Positions 1-9,324 of a DNA stretch of 64,000 bases are shown here, piece by piece; positions within the stretch are counted from its first letter, which is position 1, and each line of letters opens with the position of its first letter. This stretch comes from an uncultured Trueperaceae bacterium (GTDB lineage Bacteria > Deinococcota > Deinococci > Deinococcales > Trueperaceae), in contig CAWFFU010000010.1 of NCBI GenBank assembly GCA_963815215.1, positions 192,001 through 256,000 on the forward strand. Direction: 5' to 3'. The translations under genes and the position numbers were made by a program. The notes beneath the pieces were generated by a model. The model ran no database searches and was not told the origin of the DNA. It saw only the letters and a program-made list of their open reading frames with translations.

Positions 1-589
1 GGATGCGGATCGACCCTCCGGTGTCGGTGCCGATGGCGAGCGTGGTCAGGCCGGCGGCGACCGCCGCCGCGCTCCCGCCCGACGAACCGCCGGCGGTACG
101 GCCGAGGTCGTGCGGATTGCGGGTGGGACCGACCTCCGGATGGACGGCGCCGTAGGCGTACTCCAGGAGGTTGGTCTTGCCGACCAGGATCGCTCCGGCC
201 TCGCGCAGGCGCGCGACCACGGTGGCGTCGCGCTCGGCGCGCTCGACGCGGCCCACGCGGGAGCCGAAACCGGTCGGGGCGCCCGCCACCGCCATCAGGT
301 CCTTGATCGCGACGGGCACGCCGTGCAGGGGACCGCGGTCGACGCCGGCCGCGAGCTCGCGCTGCGTCTGCTCGGCCTGGGCCAGCGCGCTGTCGGCCAG
401 CACCAGCGCGAAAGCGTTGAGGTCGGCATCGAGCTCGGCGATGCGCTGCAGGAGCGCCTCGGTGACGGCGGTCGGGGTGACTTCACCGGACCGGTAGGCG
501 GCGGCCAGGCGCCGTGCGGAGAGGAAGGGCGCGGTCACCGCCGGAACGCTTCGCCGACGGCGCGGGATCCGGACGGGGGAACTGGGCAT
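1..589 (-). CDS. Amidase signature family protein (GatA-like), runs off the left edge
   Basis: Manual minus-strand translation gives ...[26 protein letters not shown]...[11 protein letters not shown] (GGSS(G/S)GS amidase signature). Start is ATG 589 or GTG ~537. Not in the ORF track because it is open at the edge. Confidence 0.88.
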   Translation of the reverse strand, partial: MPSSPVRIPRRRRSVPAVTAPFLSARRLAAAYRSGEVTPTAVTEALLQRIAELDADLNAFALVLADSALAQAEQTQRELAAGVDRGPLHGVPVAIKDLMAVAGAPTGFGSRVGRVERAERDATVVARLREAGAILVGKTNLLEYAYGAVHPEVGPTRNPHDLGRTAGGSSGGSAAAVAAGLTTLAIGTDTGGSIRI

Positions 590-758
590 GCGGGCATGGC
601 CACCTCCTGGTGTGACGTCATCCTTACGTCCCGGGGGGTCCCGTGCCAAGGGGGCACCGCTTGTACCGAGTGAAGGGCTCGGCGAGAATGGAGTAGCGAG
701 CGCGCAACCGCAACCCTTTCCGACGGGGCCCTTCGCGAAGGACCCGCAGGAGGACGTC

Positions 759-2063
<1,305 letters not shown>

Positions 2064-2346
2064 CGCACTGGCAGCCGAATGTCCCTTGGAGACGTGGGCT
2101 GCGGAGGTCTATGACTGGAGCGAGTACGTATGTCGAGGGGTACGAAGGAGGTGAGCGTCCTACCGGAGTCCCCGGGCGCGGCGCGATCGAGGGGGGTCAC
2201 GCTGCACGGGGTGGGGGGCTGTCACCGATGTGTCGAGGGGCGAGGGCCGCGCGTCATGGCCGTGACCCTTCGGCCGTTGACACGTGGTCGGCGCGGCGGG
2301 CCCTGCGCCCGCATGGCCGTGCCGCGAGTTCCGCAAGGAGAACCGC

Positions 2347-3591
2347 ATGGTACGCATCCGACTCGTACTGGCGTTGCTGGTCGCCGGGCTCATCGGCATG
2401 GCCGCCGCCCAGAACGTCACTCTCCGGGCACTGTTCATGCAACAGGCGGCCTACAGCGACGCCGACGTCCGTAGCATGACCGCCGCCTTCGAGCAGCAGC
2501 ACCCCGGCCTCAAGGTCGATATCGAGTTCGTGTCCTACGAGGCCCTGCACAACAAGATCATCACCGCGGCCGCGGCCGGTGCCGGCGGCTACGACGTGGT
2601 GCTCTTCGATGTCATCTGGCCCGCCGAGTTCGCGAAGAACAACGTCCTGGTGGACATCACGAACCGCCTTCCGCAGACGATGATCGATGCGGTCGTGCCG
2701 GGCGCCTGGACCACCGTCACCTACGACAAGCACTACTACGGCATCCCGTGGATCCTCGACACCAAGTACCTCTTCTACAACAAGGACATGCTCCAGAAGG
2801 CCGGCATCATGGCGCCGCCGACCACCTGGCAGGAGCTGCTCGATCAGGCCCAGAAGATCAAGGACGCGGGCATCGTCCAGTACCCCATCGTGTGGAGCTG
2901 GGGCCAGGCCGAGGCCATCATCTGCGACTACACCACCCTGCTGTCGGCGTTCGGCGGCAGCTTCTTCGACATGGGCCAGCCGACGTTCAACCAGGGCGGG
3001 GGCCTGCAGGCGCTGCAGTACATGAAGCAGTCACTCGACCAGGGTCTCTCCAACCCGGCCTCCACCGAGTCGCTCGAGGAGGACGTGCGTCGCATCTTCT
3101 CGTCGGGCCAGGCGGCCTTCGCGCTGAACTGGACCTACATGTACAACCTCGCCAACGACCCCAAGGAGTCGCAGGTGGCCGGCCAGGTCGACGTCGTCCC
3201 GGCACCCGGCGACGGCATCCACTCCCAGGTCTCGGCCATGAACGGCTCCATGGGCCTGGGCATCACCACCGGCTCGACGCACCCCAACGAGGCCTACCAG
3301 TACATCGAGTACCTGACCAGCCAGGCGGTGCAGGAGAAGTACGCCAAGCTGTCGCTGCCGATCTGGAAGGCGTCGTACGACGACCCGGCCGTCGCGCAGG
3401 GGCAGGAGTCGCTGATCGCCGCCGCCAAGCTGTCGCTGGCCGCCATGTATCCGCGCCCGTTGCTCATCCAGTACCCTCAGTTCAGCACCTGGCTGCAGAC
3501 CGACATCCACCGCGCACTCCTGAACCAGGCGTCGCCGCAGGACGCGCTCGACAACACCGCCAAGCAGGTCACGCAGAGCAAGCTCAACTGA
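2347..3591 (+). CDS. Carbohydrate ABC transporter substrate-binding protein
   Basis: Signal peptide MVRIRLVLALLVAGLIGMAAA; YDVVLFDVIW and LFYNKDML motifs of family-1 SBPs; AAGGAG RBS. Confidence 0.9.
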   Translation: MVRIRLVLALLVAGLIGMAAAQNVTLRALFMQQAAYSDADVRSMTAAFEQQHPGLKVDIEFVSYEALHNKIITAAAAGAGGYDVVLFDVIWPAEFAKNNVLVDITNRLPQTMIDAVVPGAWTTVTYDKHYYGIPWILDTKYLFYNKDMLQKAGIMAPPTTWQELLDQAQKIKDAGIVQYPIVWSWGQAEAIICDYTTLLSAFGGSFFDMGQPTFNQGGGLQALQYMKQSLDQGLSNPASTESLEEDVRRIFSSGQAAFALNWTYMYNLANDPKESQVAGQVDVVPAPGDGIHSQVSAMNGSMGLGITTGSTHPNEAYQYIEYLTSQAVQEKYAKLSLPIWKASYDDPAVAQGQESLIAAAKLSLAAMYPRPLLIQYPQFSTWLQTDIHRALLNQASPQDALDNTAKQVTQSKLN

Positions 3592-3642
3592 GGCCGCGCG
3601 TCTCGCCGACGCGTTTCGAGAGGACCCGGAGAGAACCCACCC

Positions 3643-4578
3643 GTGGCCGACGTCCCTGACCGCACGACCGGTCCCCGGCGCGCCCCGGCTCGTTGGAGCT
3701 GGGGCCTGCGCCGGGCGGCGTTGCCGTGGCTGATGCTCCTGCCCGCGCTGGCGGTGGTGGGCGGGGTCGTCGGCTACCCCTTCTTCCGCACCTTCTATCT
3801 GGGGTTCTTCGACGCTCCGCTTCTCGGCAAGACCCGCACCTTCGTGGGTCTTGCCAACTATCTTCATGCCTTCCGGACGGAGGAGTTCCGCGCCGCGGTG
3901 GAGCATACGCTGCACTTCACGGTGGGCTCGATCGGCTTGGAGCTGGTGCTGGGCGTGGCCGTGGCGCTGTTCCTCAATCGCCCGTTCCTGGGCCGGCGCT
4001 TGCTGCGCGCCCTGCTGATCCTCCCGCTGGCGCTGCCCACGGTGGTCAACGCGGTGATGTGGCGCTGGATCTACAACCCTGAGTACGGCGCGCTCAACGC
4101 GCTGCTCACGCAGTTGCACCTGCTGCCGGGCTACCGCACCTGGCTCGGCACGCCGGGACTGGCCATGAACATGATCATCGTGGCCGACGTGTGGAAGAAC
4201 TTCACCCTGGTGGCGCTGCTGGTGCTGGCCGCGCTGCAGACCATCCCGGCCGAGCTGCACGACGCCGCCCGGGTCGACGGTGCCAGCGCCACCCAGCGCA
4301 TGCGCTTCATCACGCTGCCCGGCATCCGGCCGGCGCTGTTGGTGGCGCTGGTGCTGCGCACGGTGGAGGCGCTCAAGGTGTTCGACATCATCTACGTCAT
4401 GACCGGCGGCGGGCCGGCGAGCTCCACCAAGACGCTATCGTTCATGGTCTACCAGGAGGCGTTCAGCTTCCTCAAGCTGGGCACCGCCGCGGCCGACGCG
4501 TTCCTGACCGTGGCGTTGATCATGGTGTTCGTCGGGGTCTACCTCCGGCTGCTGCAGTCGCGCGGGGTGGCGGGATGA
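3643..4578 (+). CDS. Carbohydrate ABC transporter permease (MalF-like)
   Basis: Multiple TM segments; EAA loop ELHDAARVDGA; FDIIYVMTGGGP. Confidence 0.92.
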   Translation: MADVPDRTTGPRRAPARWSWGLRRAALPWLMLLPALAVVGGVVGYPFFRTFYLGFFDAPLLGKTRTFVGLANYLHAFRTEEFRAAVEHTLHFTVGSIGLELVLGVAVALFLNRPFLGRRLLRALLILPLALPTVVNAVMWRWIYNPEYGALNALLTQLHLLPGYRTWLGTPGLAMNMIIVADVWKNFTLVALLVLAALQTIPAELHDAARVDGASATQRMRFITLPGIRPALLVALVLRTVEALKVFDIIYVMTGGGPASSTKTLSFMVYQEAFSFLKLGTAAADAFLTVALIMVFVGVYLRLLQSRGVAG

Positions 4579-5465
4579 GCCGGGCGAGCGCGAGCCCCTC
4601 CGCCGTGCGGGCGCACGACGTCCGCCGGCGACGCGCCTGGCTGGAGGCGGCGCTGACCTACGCCGGGGCGCTACTGTTGGCGGCGTTCATCCTGGCGCCG
4701 TTCGTGTGGCTGCTCATCTCCAGCGTCGCGCCGCTGGCCGACCTGTTGCAGCGGCCGCTGCGGTGGATCCCGCCGCACGCGACCTGGGAGCGCTACCACA
4801 CCATCTTCTTCGGCGCCGACGGCCGCGAGTTCCGCTACGCGCTGCGCAACAGCGCCGCGGTGGCCGGGATCGCCACCTCCATCAGCCTGGTGGCGGGGAT
4901 GCTCGGCGCCTACGCGCTGTCGCGTTTCCCCAGCCGCGGCCGCACGGGTCTGCTGTACCTGATGCTGGCGACCTACATGACGCCGCCGGTGGCGATCCTG
5001 CTGCCCGTCTATCTCATCCTCAGCCGCTTGGGCATGCTCAACACGGTGATCGGCCTGGCACTGGTCTACACCTCGTTCCTGACGCCCTTCCTGACCTGGA
5101 TCCTGAAGGGCTTCTTCGACTCCATCCCGGTGGAGCTGGAGGAGGCGGCGATGATCGACGGCGCCACCCGGGTGGGAGCGCTGCGGCGCGTCACCCTGAG
5201 GTTGTCGCTTCCCGGCGTGATCACTGCCGTGCTGTTCGGGGTGATCCTCGCCTGGGACGAGTTCCTCTACGCGCTGATCTTCACCTCGTCGGTGGCAGCC
5301 AAGACGCTGCCGGTGGCCATCAGCGAGTTCACCTCGCGCCACGCCGTCGATTACGGACTGATCGCGGCGGGCGGGATCGTCGCCGCGCTGCCGCCCCTCA
5401 TCCTGGCGTTCGCGTTGCAGCGCTACCTCGTCGCCGGGCTGACCGCCGGTAGCGTGAAGGGGTGA
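4575..5465 (+). CDS. Carbohydrate ABC transporter permease (MalG-like)
   Basis: ELEEAAMIDGA, AWDEFLYA, C-terminal GLTAGSVKG; ATGA overlap with the upstream permease. Confidence 0.92.
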   Translation: MSRASASPSAVRAHDVRRRRAWLEAALTYAGALLLAAFILAPFVWLLISSVAPLADLLQRPLRWIPPHATWERYHTIFFGADGREFRYALRNSAAVAGIATSISLVAGMLGAYALSRFPSRGRTGLLYLMLATYMTPPVAILLPVYLILSRLGMLNTVIGLALVYTSFLTPFLTWILKGFFDSIPVELEEAAMIDGATRVGALRRVTLRLSLPGVITAVLFGVILAWDEFLYALIFTSSVAAKTLPVAISEFTSRHAVDYGLIAAGGIVAALPPLILAFALQRYLVAGLTAGSVKG

Positions 5466-6547
5466 GCATGGACCGACGCTCGCGAGAGTTGGAGCTGAGC
5501 GCCGCGCTGCGGCGCGAGATCGCCGGCCAGGAGGAGGCCGTCTCCAGGACGTTGCGCGACGGCGCACTGTCCTGGAGCCTCGACGCGCTGGCCGCCGACG
5601 TGCGGGCGTCGGGCGAGTTGCTGGTGAGCGGCATGGGCGCGTCGCTCCATGCCGGCATGATCCTGACGCAGCTACTGAGGGAGAAGGGGGTTCGCGCCTG
5701 GGCGTTGCCGACGTCGGAGCTGCTGCACTTCGGCGAGGCGCTGGCGGTCCGTCCGCTGCTGCTGATCAGCCAGTCGGGTGCCTCGGTGGAGATCGAGAGG
5801 ATGCTCGCGCGCGCCCGCGAGGGCGTGTACGGCCTGACCCTCGATGGCGCCAGCCCGCTCGGCCGCTTCGGGGCGGCGGTCGTTCCCGGCGGCCCCGAGC
5901 GCGCCTACGCGGCCACGCGCTCGTTCACGACCACGGTGGCGGCCCTCTACGCGCTGGCCGGGCGCCTGGGGGTGCAGGTCGACGTGCCGGGCCTGTCGGA
6001 GTCGGTCGGGCCGGCGCTCGGCCCGCTGCCGGAGCTGGAGGCCGCCTGCGCGACGCTGGAGGGCGCCGACGCCATCTTCGTGACCGGACGCGGTCCGCTC
6101 CACGGCCTGGCCGAGTACGTCGCGCTGCTGCTCATGGAGCTGGCCCGCCTACCGTGCGCCGCGTTGGAGGCGGCGCAGTTCCGGCACGGCCCCAAGGAGG
6201 CCGCGGGGGGGCGACTGGGCGTCCTGGCCCTCGCCGCGCAGGGCGAGGCCGGCGACCTGGTGCGGCGCTTCGCGTCGGAGCTGGCCGAGGCGGGCAGCCC
6301 CACGGTGCTGCTCGACGCCGGTGCGGCGCCGGCCGTGAGCGGTGCTGTGAGCGGTGCTGTGAGCGGTGCTGTGCCAGGTGCTGTGGGCGGCGCCGTGACG
6401 ACGATGGCCCTGCCCGCGGCGGACGGACTCGGCGCCGTGTTGCCCATGGCGGTGGCGGCGCAGCGACTGGCGGTGGCGCTGGCCGAGTCGCGTGGCATCG
6501 AGCCGGGGGTGCCGCTTCGCTCGGAGAAGGTGACGCGGGAGGAGTGA
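5462..6547 (+). CDS. SIS-domain sugar isomerase/deglycase (GlmS C-terminal/FrlB-like)
   Basis: GMGAS, ISQSGAS, ATRSFT, QFRHGP and terminal EKVT motifs of double-SIS proteins. Confidence 0.85.
   Translation: MSMDRRSRELELSAALRREIAGQEEAVSRTLRDGALSWSLDALAADVRASGELLVSGMGASLHAGMILTQLLREKGVRAWALPTSELLHFGEALAVRPLLLISQSGASVEIERMLARAREGVYGLTLDGASPLGRFGAAVVPGGPERAYAATRSFTTTVAALYALAGRLGVQVDVPGLSESVGPALGPLPELEAACATLEGADAIFVTGRGPLHGLAEYVALLLMELARLPCAALEAAQFRHGPKEAAGGRLGVLALAAQGEAGDLVRRFASELAEAGSPTVLLDAGAAPAVSGAVSGAVSGAVPGAVGGAVTTMALPAADGLGAVLPMAVAAQRLAVALAESRGIEPGVPLRSEKVTREE
6335..6394 (+). repeat. 12-bp tandem repeat (GTGAGCGGTGCT x3 plus 2 degenerate units), encodes GAVS repeats
   Basis: Read directly from the sequence. 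Confidence 0.9.
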
Positions 6548-6550
6548 GCG

Positions 6551-7507
6551 GTGGGGCGTGAGTTCGAGCAGGGTTCCGCCGCTGCGCCCGGACCCGGAGG
6601 CGGCAGACGTGGGCCGCTCCCCATCCACCTGATCGGCAACGTCAACGTCGACATCGTGATGGGACCCGTGGAACCCTGGCCGGAGCCCGGCACCGAGAGC
6701 ATCGTGGACCGTCAGGAGGTCCGGGTCGGCGGTGCGGCGGGGGTGGCGGCGATGGCGCTGCAGGCGCTTGGCACGCACTTCCGGTTGCACGCACGCATCG
6801 GCGACGACGCGTTCGCGGCGTTCGTGCGCCGCGAGCTGGGGCCGGCCGGCGGGCAACTCGAGCGGGTACGGGCCGGGACGGCGGTCTCCGTGGGGCTGAG
6901 CCACCCGGACGGTGAACGTACCTTCGTCACCCACCTCGGGCACCTTGCCGAGCTCGACTTGGACGCGATCGCCGCAGCGCTTGAGCGCGCCGGGGCGGGG
7001 CTGGTGGTGGTGTGCGGCTACTTCCTGCTGCCGCCGCTGCGGCACGGTGGAGGGCTCGAGCTGATGCGGCGCGCCCGCGGGGCGGGGCACCGGGTCCTGT
7101 TCGATAGCGGCTGGCCGAGCGAGGGCTTCACGGAGCCGGTACGCCTCGAGCTGGATGCATTGTTGCCGTGGATCGACGTGCTCCTGCCGAACGAGGCCGA
7201 GGCTCGCGCCTGGTCGTCGAAGGGCGACCTGCTGGAGGCCCTGGACTGGCTTCAGCGGGACGGCGCCCGCGTGGTGGTCAAGCGCGGCGCACTGGGTGCA
7301 AGCTGGGTGCGCGACGGCGGGCTCGAGACGTGCCGGGCGCCGCGCGTGCCCGTCGCCGACAGCGTGGGCGCGGGTGACTGCTTCAACGCGGCGTACGTCG
7401 CCGCGCTCGCCCGCGGCGCGGCGAACGCGGCGGCCGTCGACTCCGCCGTGCGGTACGCCGCCGACGTCGTCGGGCGGCGACCCCGGCACTACGGGCGACC
7501 GGGCTAG
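6551..7507 (+). CDS. PfkB family carbohydrate kinase
   Basis: GGAAG N-terminal motif, PNEAEA, VVKRGALG and DSVGAGDCFNA signature. Confidence 0.92.
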   Translation: MGREFEQGSAAAPGPGGGRRGPLPIHLIGNVNVDIVMGPVEPWPEPGTESIVDRQEVRVGGAAGVAAMALQALGTHFRLHARIGDDAFAAFVRRELGPAGGQLERVRAGTAVSVGLSHPDGERTFVTHLGHLAELDLDAIAAALERAGAGLVVVCGYFLLPPLRHGGGLELMRRARGAGHRVLFDSGWPSEGFTEPVRLELDALLPWIDVLLPNEAEARAWSSKGDLLEALDWLQRDGARVVVKRGALGASWVRDGGLETCRAPRVPVADSVGAGDCFNAAYVAALARGAANAAAVDSAVRYAADVVGRRPRHYGRPG

Positions 7508-7583
7508 TCGCGCGCGCTCGCGAACGGCGCGGCTGAGGCGTGAACCGGGATCCGCGGCGCCGCCGATGAGGTGGTGGCGATCG

Positions 7584-8351
7584 TCATACCCGGTGACGTC
7601 GTCCGCCGGGTGCGCCGCCGGCTCGCGCAGCCAGCAGCGCCTCGCGCCGCTCCGGCGCCAGGTGCTTGGCCGCCTCGCGCAGGGTCAGGATCGAGGCGCG
7701 CGCCGCGCGCGGCAGCAGCCAGGCGTAGGCCTCGTCGGCGCGTCGCTTCGCGTACTCTCGCAGCGCCCAGCCGATCGCTTTGCCGATGAAGAACTCGCGC
7801 TCCTCCAGCATCACGTCGGCGTGGCGGGCGAAGGCCTCGAAGGCGGCCCGGTCGCCGGCGCGCAGGGGCAGCAGGAAGCTCAGCAGGGCCGCCCGCCGCA
7901 CCCAGAAGGCTTCGTCGACCGCCCAGCGGTCCAGTGTGGTGCGCCCCGACGCCTCGTCGCGTCGCGTCAGCGGCCCCGCCACCTGCACCGCGAGGGGGTC
8001 GACGAGCGCCCACGTTGCGGCCTCACGCAAGTACGTCTCCAGCCACTTCAGATCGGACGGCTCGAGCCGGTCGCGGAGCGCCACCAGCAGCTCGACGGCG
8101 GCCACTCGCAGCTCGTGCACGCCGCGCTCCCACAACGCGCCGGCCAGGGCGCGGACGCGTGCGCGGTCGAGATCGGTCCGGGCCTTCAGCATGGCGCGCA
8201 CGGCGCGCCGGATCTCCGGAACCGCGGTGCCGTAGTGTCGGAGAGAGCTCTTCAGGTAGCGCTTCTCACGCTCGGCCCGCTCCGGCGTGGCGGCTTCCCG
8301 CAGCCTCTCGTCCAGGCGCGCCACGAACGCATCGACATCGGGCGGAGGCAT
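7584..8351 (-). CDS. DNA alkylation repair protein (AlkD-like HEAT glycosylase)
   Basis: TWALVD, FWVRRAALL and EFFIGKAIGWALRE motifs. Confidence 0.85.
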   Translation of the reverse strand: MPPPDVDAFVARLDERLREAATPERAEREKRYLKSSLRHYGTAVPEIRRAVRAMLKARTDLDRARVRALAGALWERGVHELRVAAVELLVALRDRLEPSDLKWLETYLREAATWALVDPLAVQVAGPLTRRDEASGRTTLDRWAVDEAFWVRRAALLSFLLPLRAGDRAAFEAFARHADVMLEEREFFIGKAIGWALREYAKRRADEAYAWLLPRAARASILTLREAAKHLAPERREALLAARAGGAPGGRRHRV

Positions 8352-8414
8352 GGCCCAGTGTAGACGCGTGCGCTCGAGGGCCCGCCCGCCGGGCTCGCCG
8401 GGCTCTGGATCGCG

Positions 8415-8903
8415 TCAGACGAACTCGGGACGGTTCTCGACCTCGGGGGAGCCGTACAGCCGTTCGCGGGCGGCGCGCAACGCTTCTGCCGCCAGTCGGC
8501 AACCGCCGTGGGTCTGCTGCCACGCCTCCAGTCGATGCTGGATCGCGGCTTCGAGCTCGTCGGCGCGGCGGCGGTAGTGACCGCCGAACGAGAAGTGCTG
8601 GGTGGCTTTGAGATCGTCGCCGACCGACAGTGCGTCCTCGGCTACGCGGGTCTCCACCAGCGCGCGGTCGCGGAGTTGCATCATGCGGCGGTAGAGCGCG
8701 ACCAGCCGGTCGAAATCGGCGCCATGGGCGCCGCGCTCCGCCGTGCCGGCGCCGGTCCCAGCGCCGGTCCCAGCGCCGGTCCCAGCGCCGAGGTGGGCGT
8801 CGGACGCCGCGGGCCTGGGTCGGTGGAACCAGGGACGGGGACCGGGTCTCAAGAGGCGGCGCAGGCCTCGCGGCGGGTGGTTGAGTCGATCGAGATGCTT
8901 CAC
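8415..8903 (-). CDS. Hypothetical protein with AGTG repeat and helical C-terminal half
   Basis: GGAGG 5 nt before GTG 8903; near-consensus promoter upstream; no recognisable family. Confidence 0.55.
   Translation of the reverse strand: MKHLDRLNHPPRGLRRLLRPGPRPWFHRPRPAASDAHLGAGTGAGTGAGTGAGTAERGAHGADFDRLVALYRRMMQLRDRALVETRVAEDALSVGDDLKATQHFSFGGHYRRRADELEAAIQHRLEAWQQTHGGCRLAAEALRAARERLYGSPEVENRPEFV
8749..8790. repeat. 12-bp tandem repeat (GCGCCGGTCCCA x3.5)
   Basis: Read directly from the sequence. Confidence 0.9.
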
Positions 8904-9202
8904 GGGCACCTCCGGGTTGCGGTGCAGGCGACGCCGTTCGAGCCAGGGGGTCCACGGCCGCCTGGCGGCGGCGCGCGAAGGCGTCGGTGGCGTAAGGATC
9001 GTTGGGGAAAGCTCGTCGGATAGGGCGCGCGCACGAGGGCGCGCCGTCCCTGGCCGGAAGGGCCTAGCCGGACGAGGTATGGGTGTGAAGGCGTTGCGGT
9101 CGTTGCATCGGGGACCTCGCTTCGGAACGCGCCGGGGCGCGGGGGCTCGCAGTTCGTGGCGACCGGCGGGGCGTCCCTCCGCGGCCGCCCTCGGTCAGCC
9201 GG

Positions 9203-9231
9203 AGCATAGAGGAGAGGGTGTGGGGTGTCAA
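9203..9231 (-). promoter_or_regulatory. Sigma70-type promoter TTGACA-17-TATGCT
   Basis: Near-consensus -35/-10 with a 17-nt spacer, pointing towards the 9108 uORF and the 8903 gene. Confidence 0.7.
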
Positions 9232-9324
9232 GGCCGAGGTGGACGGATGCTCGCCTTCATGATGACGATGCGCGCACGGTCGCGGTGGACGCGTCGGAAT
9301 GTGAGGATGAGCGTTGCGTGCGAT

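Noticed and set aside
2064..2346. TCGAGGGG repeats and GGTCTATGAC as operator sites
   Set aside because: Irregular spacing and short length; plausible by chance at this GC content.
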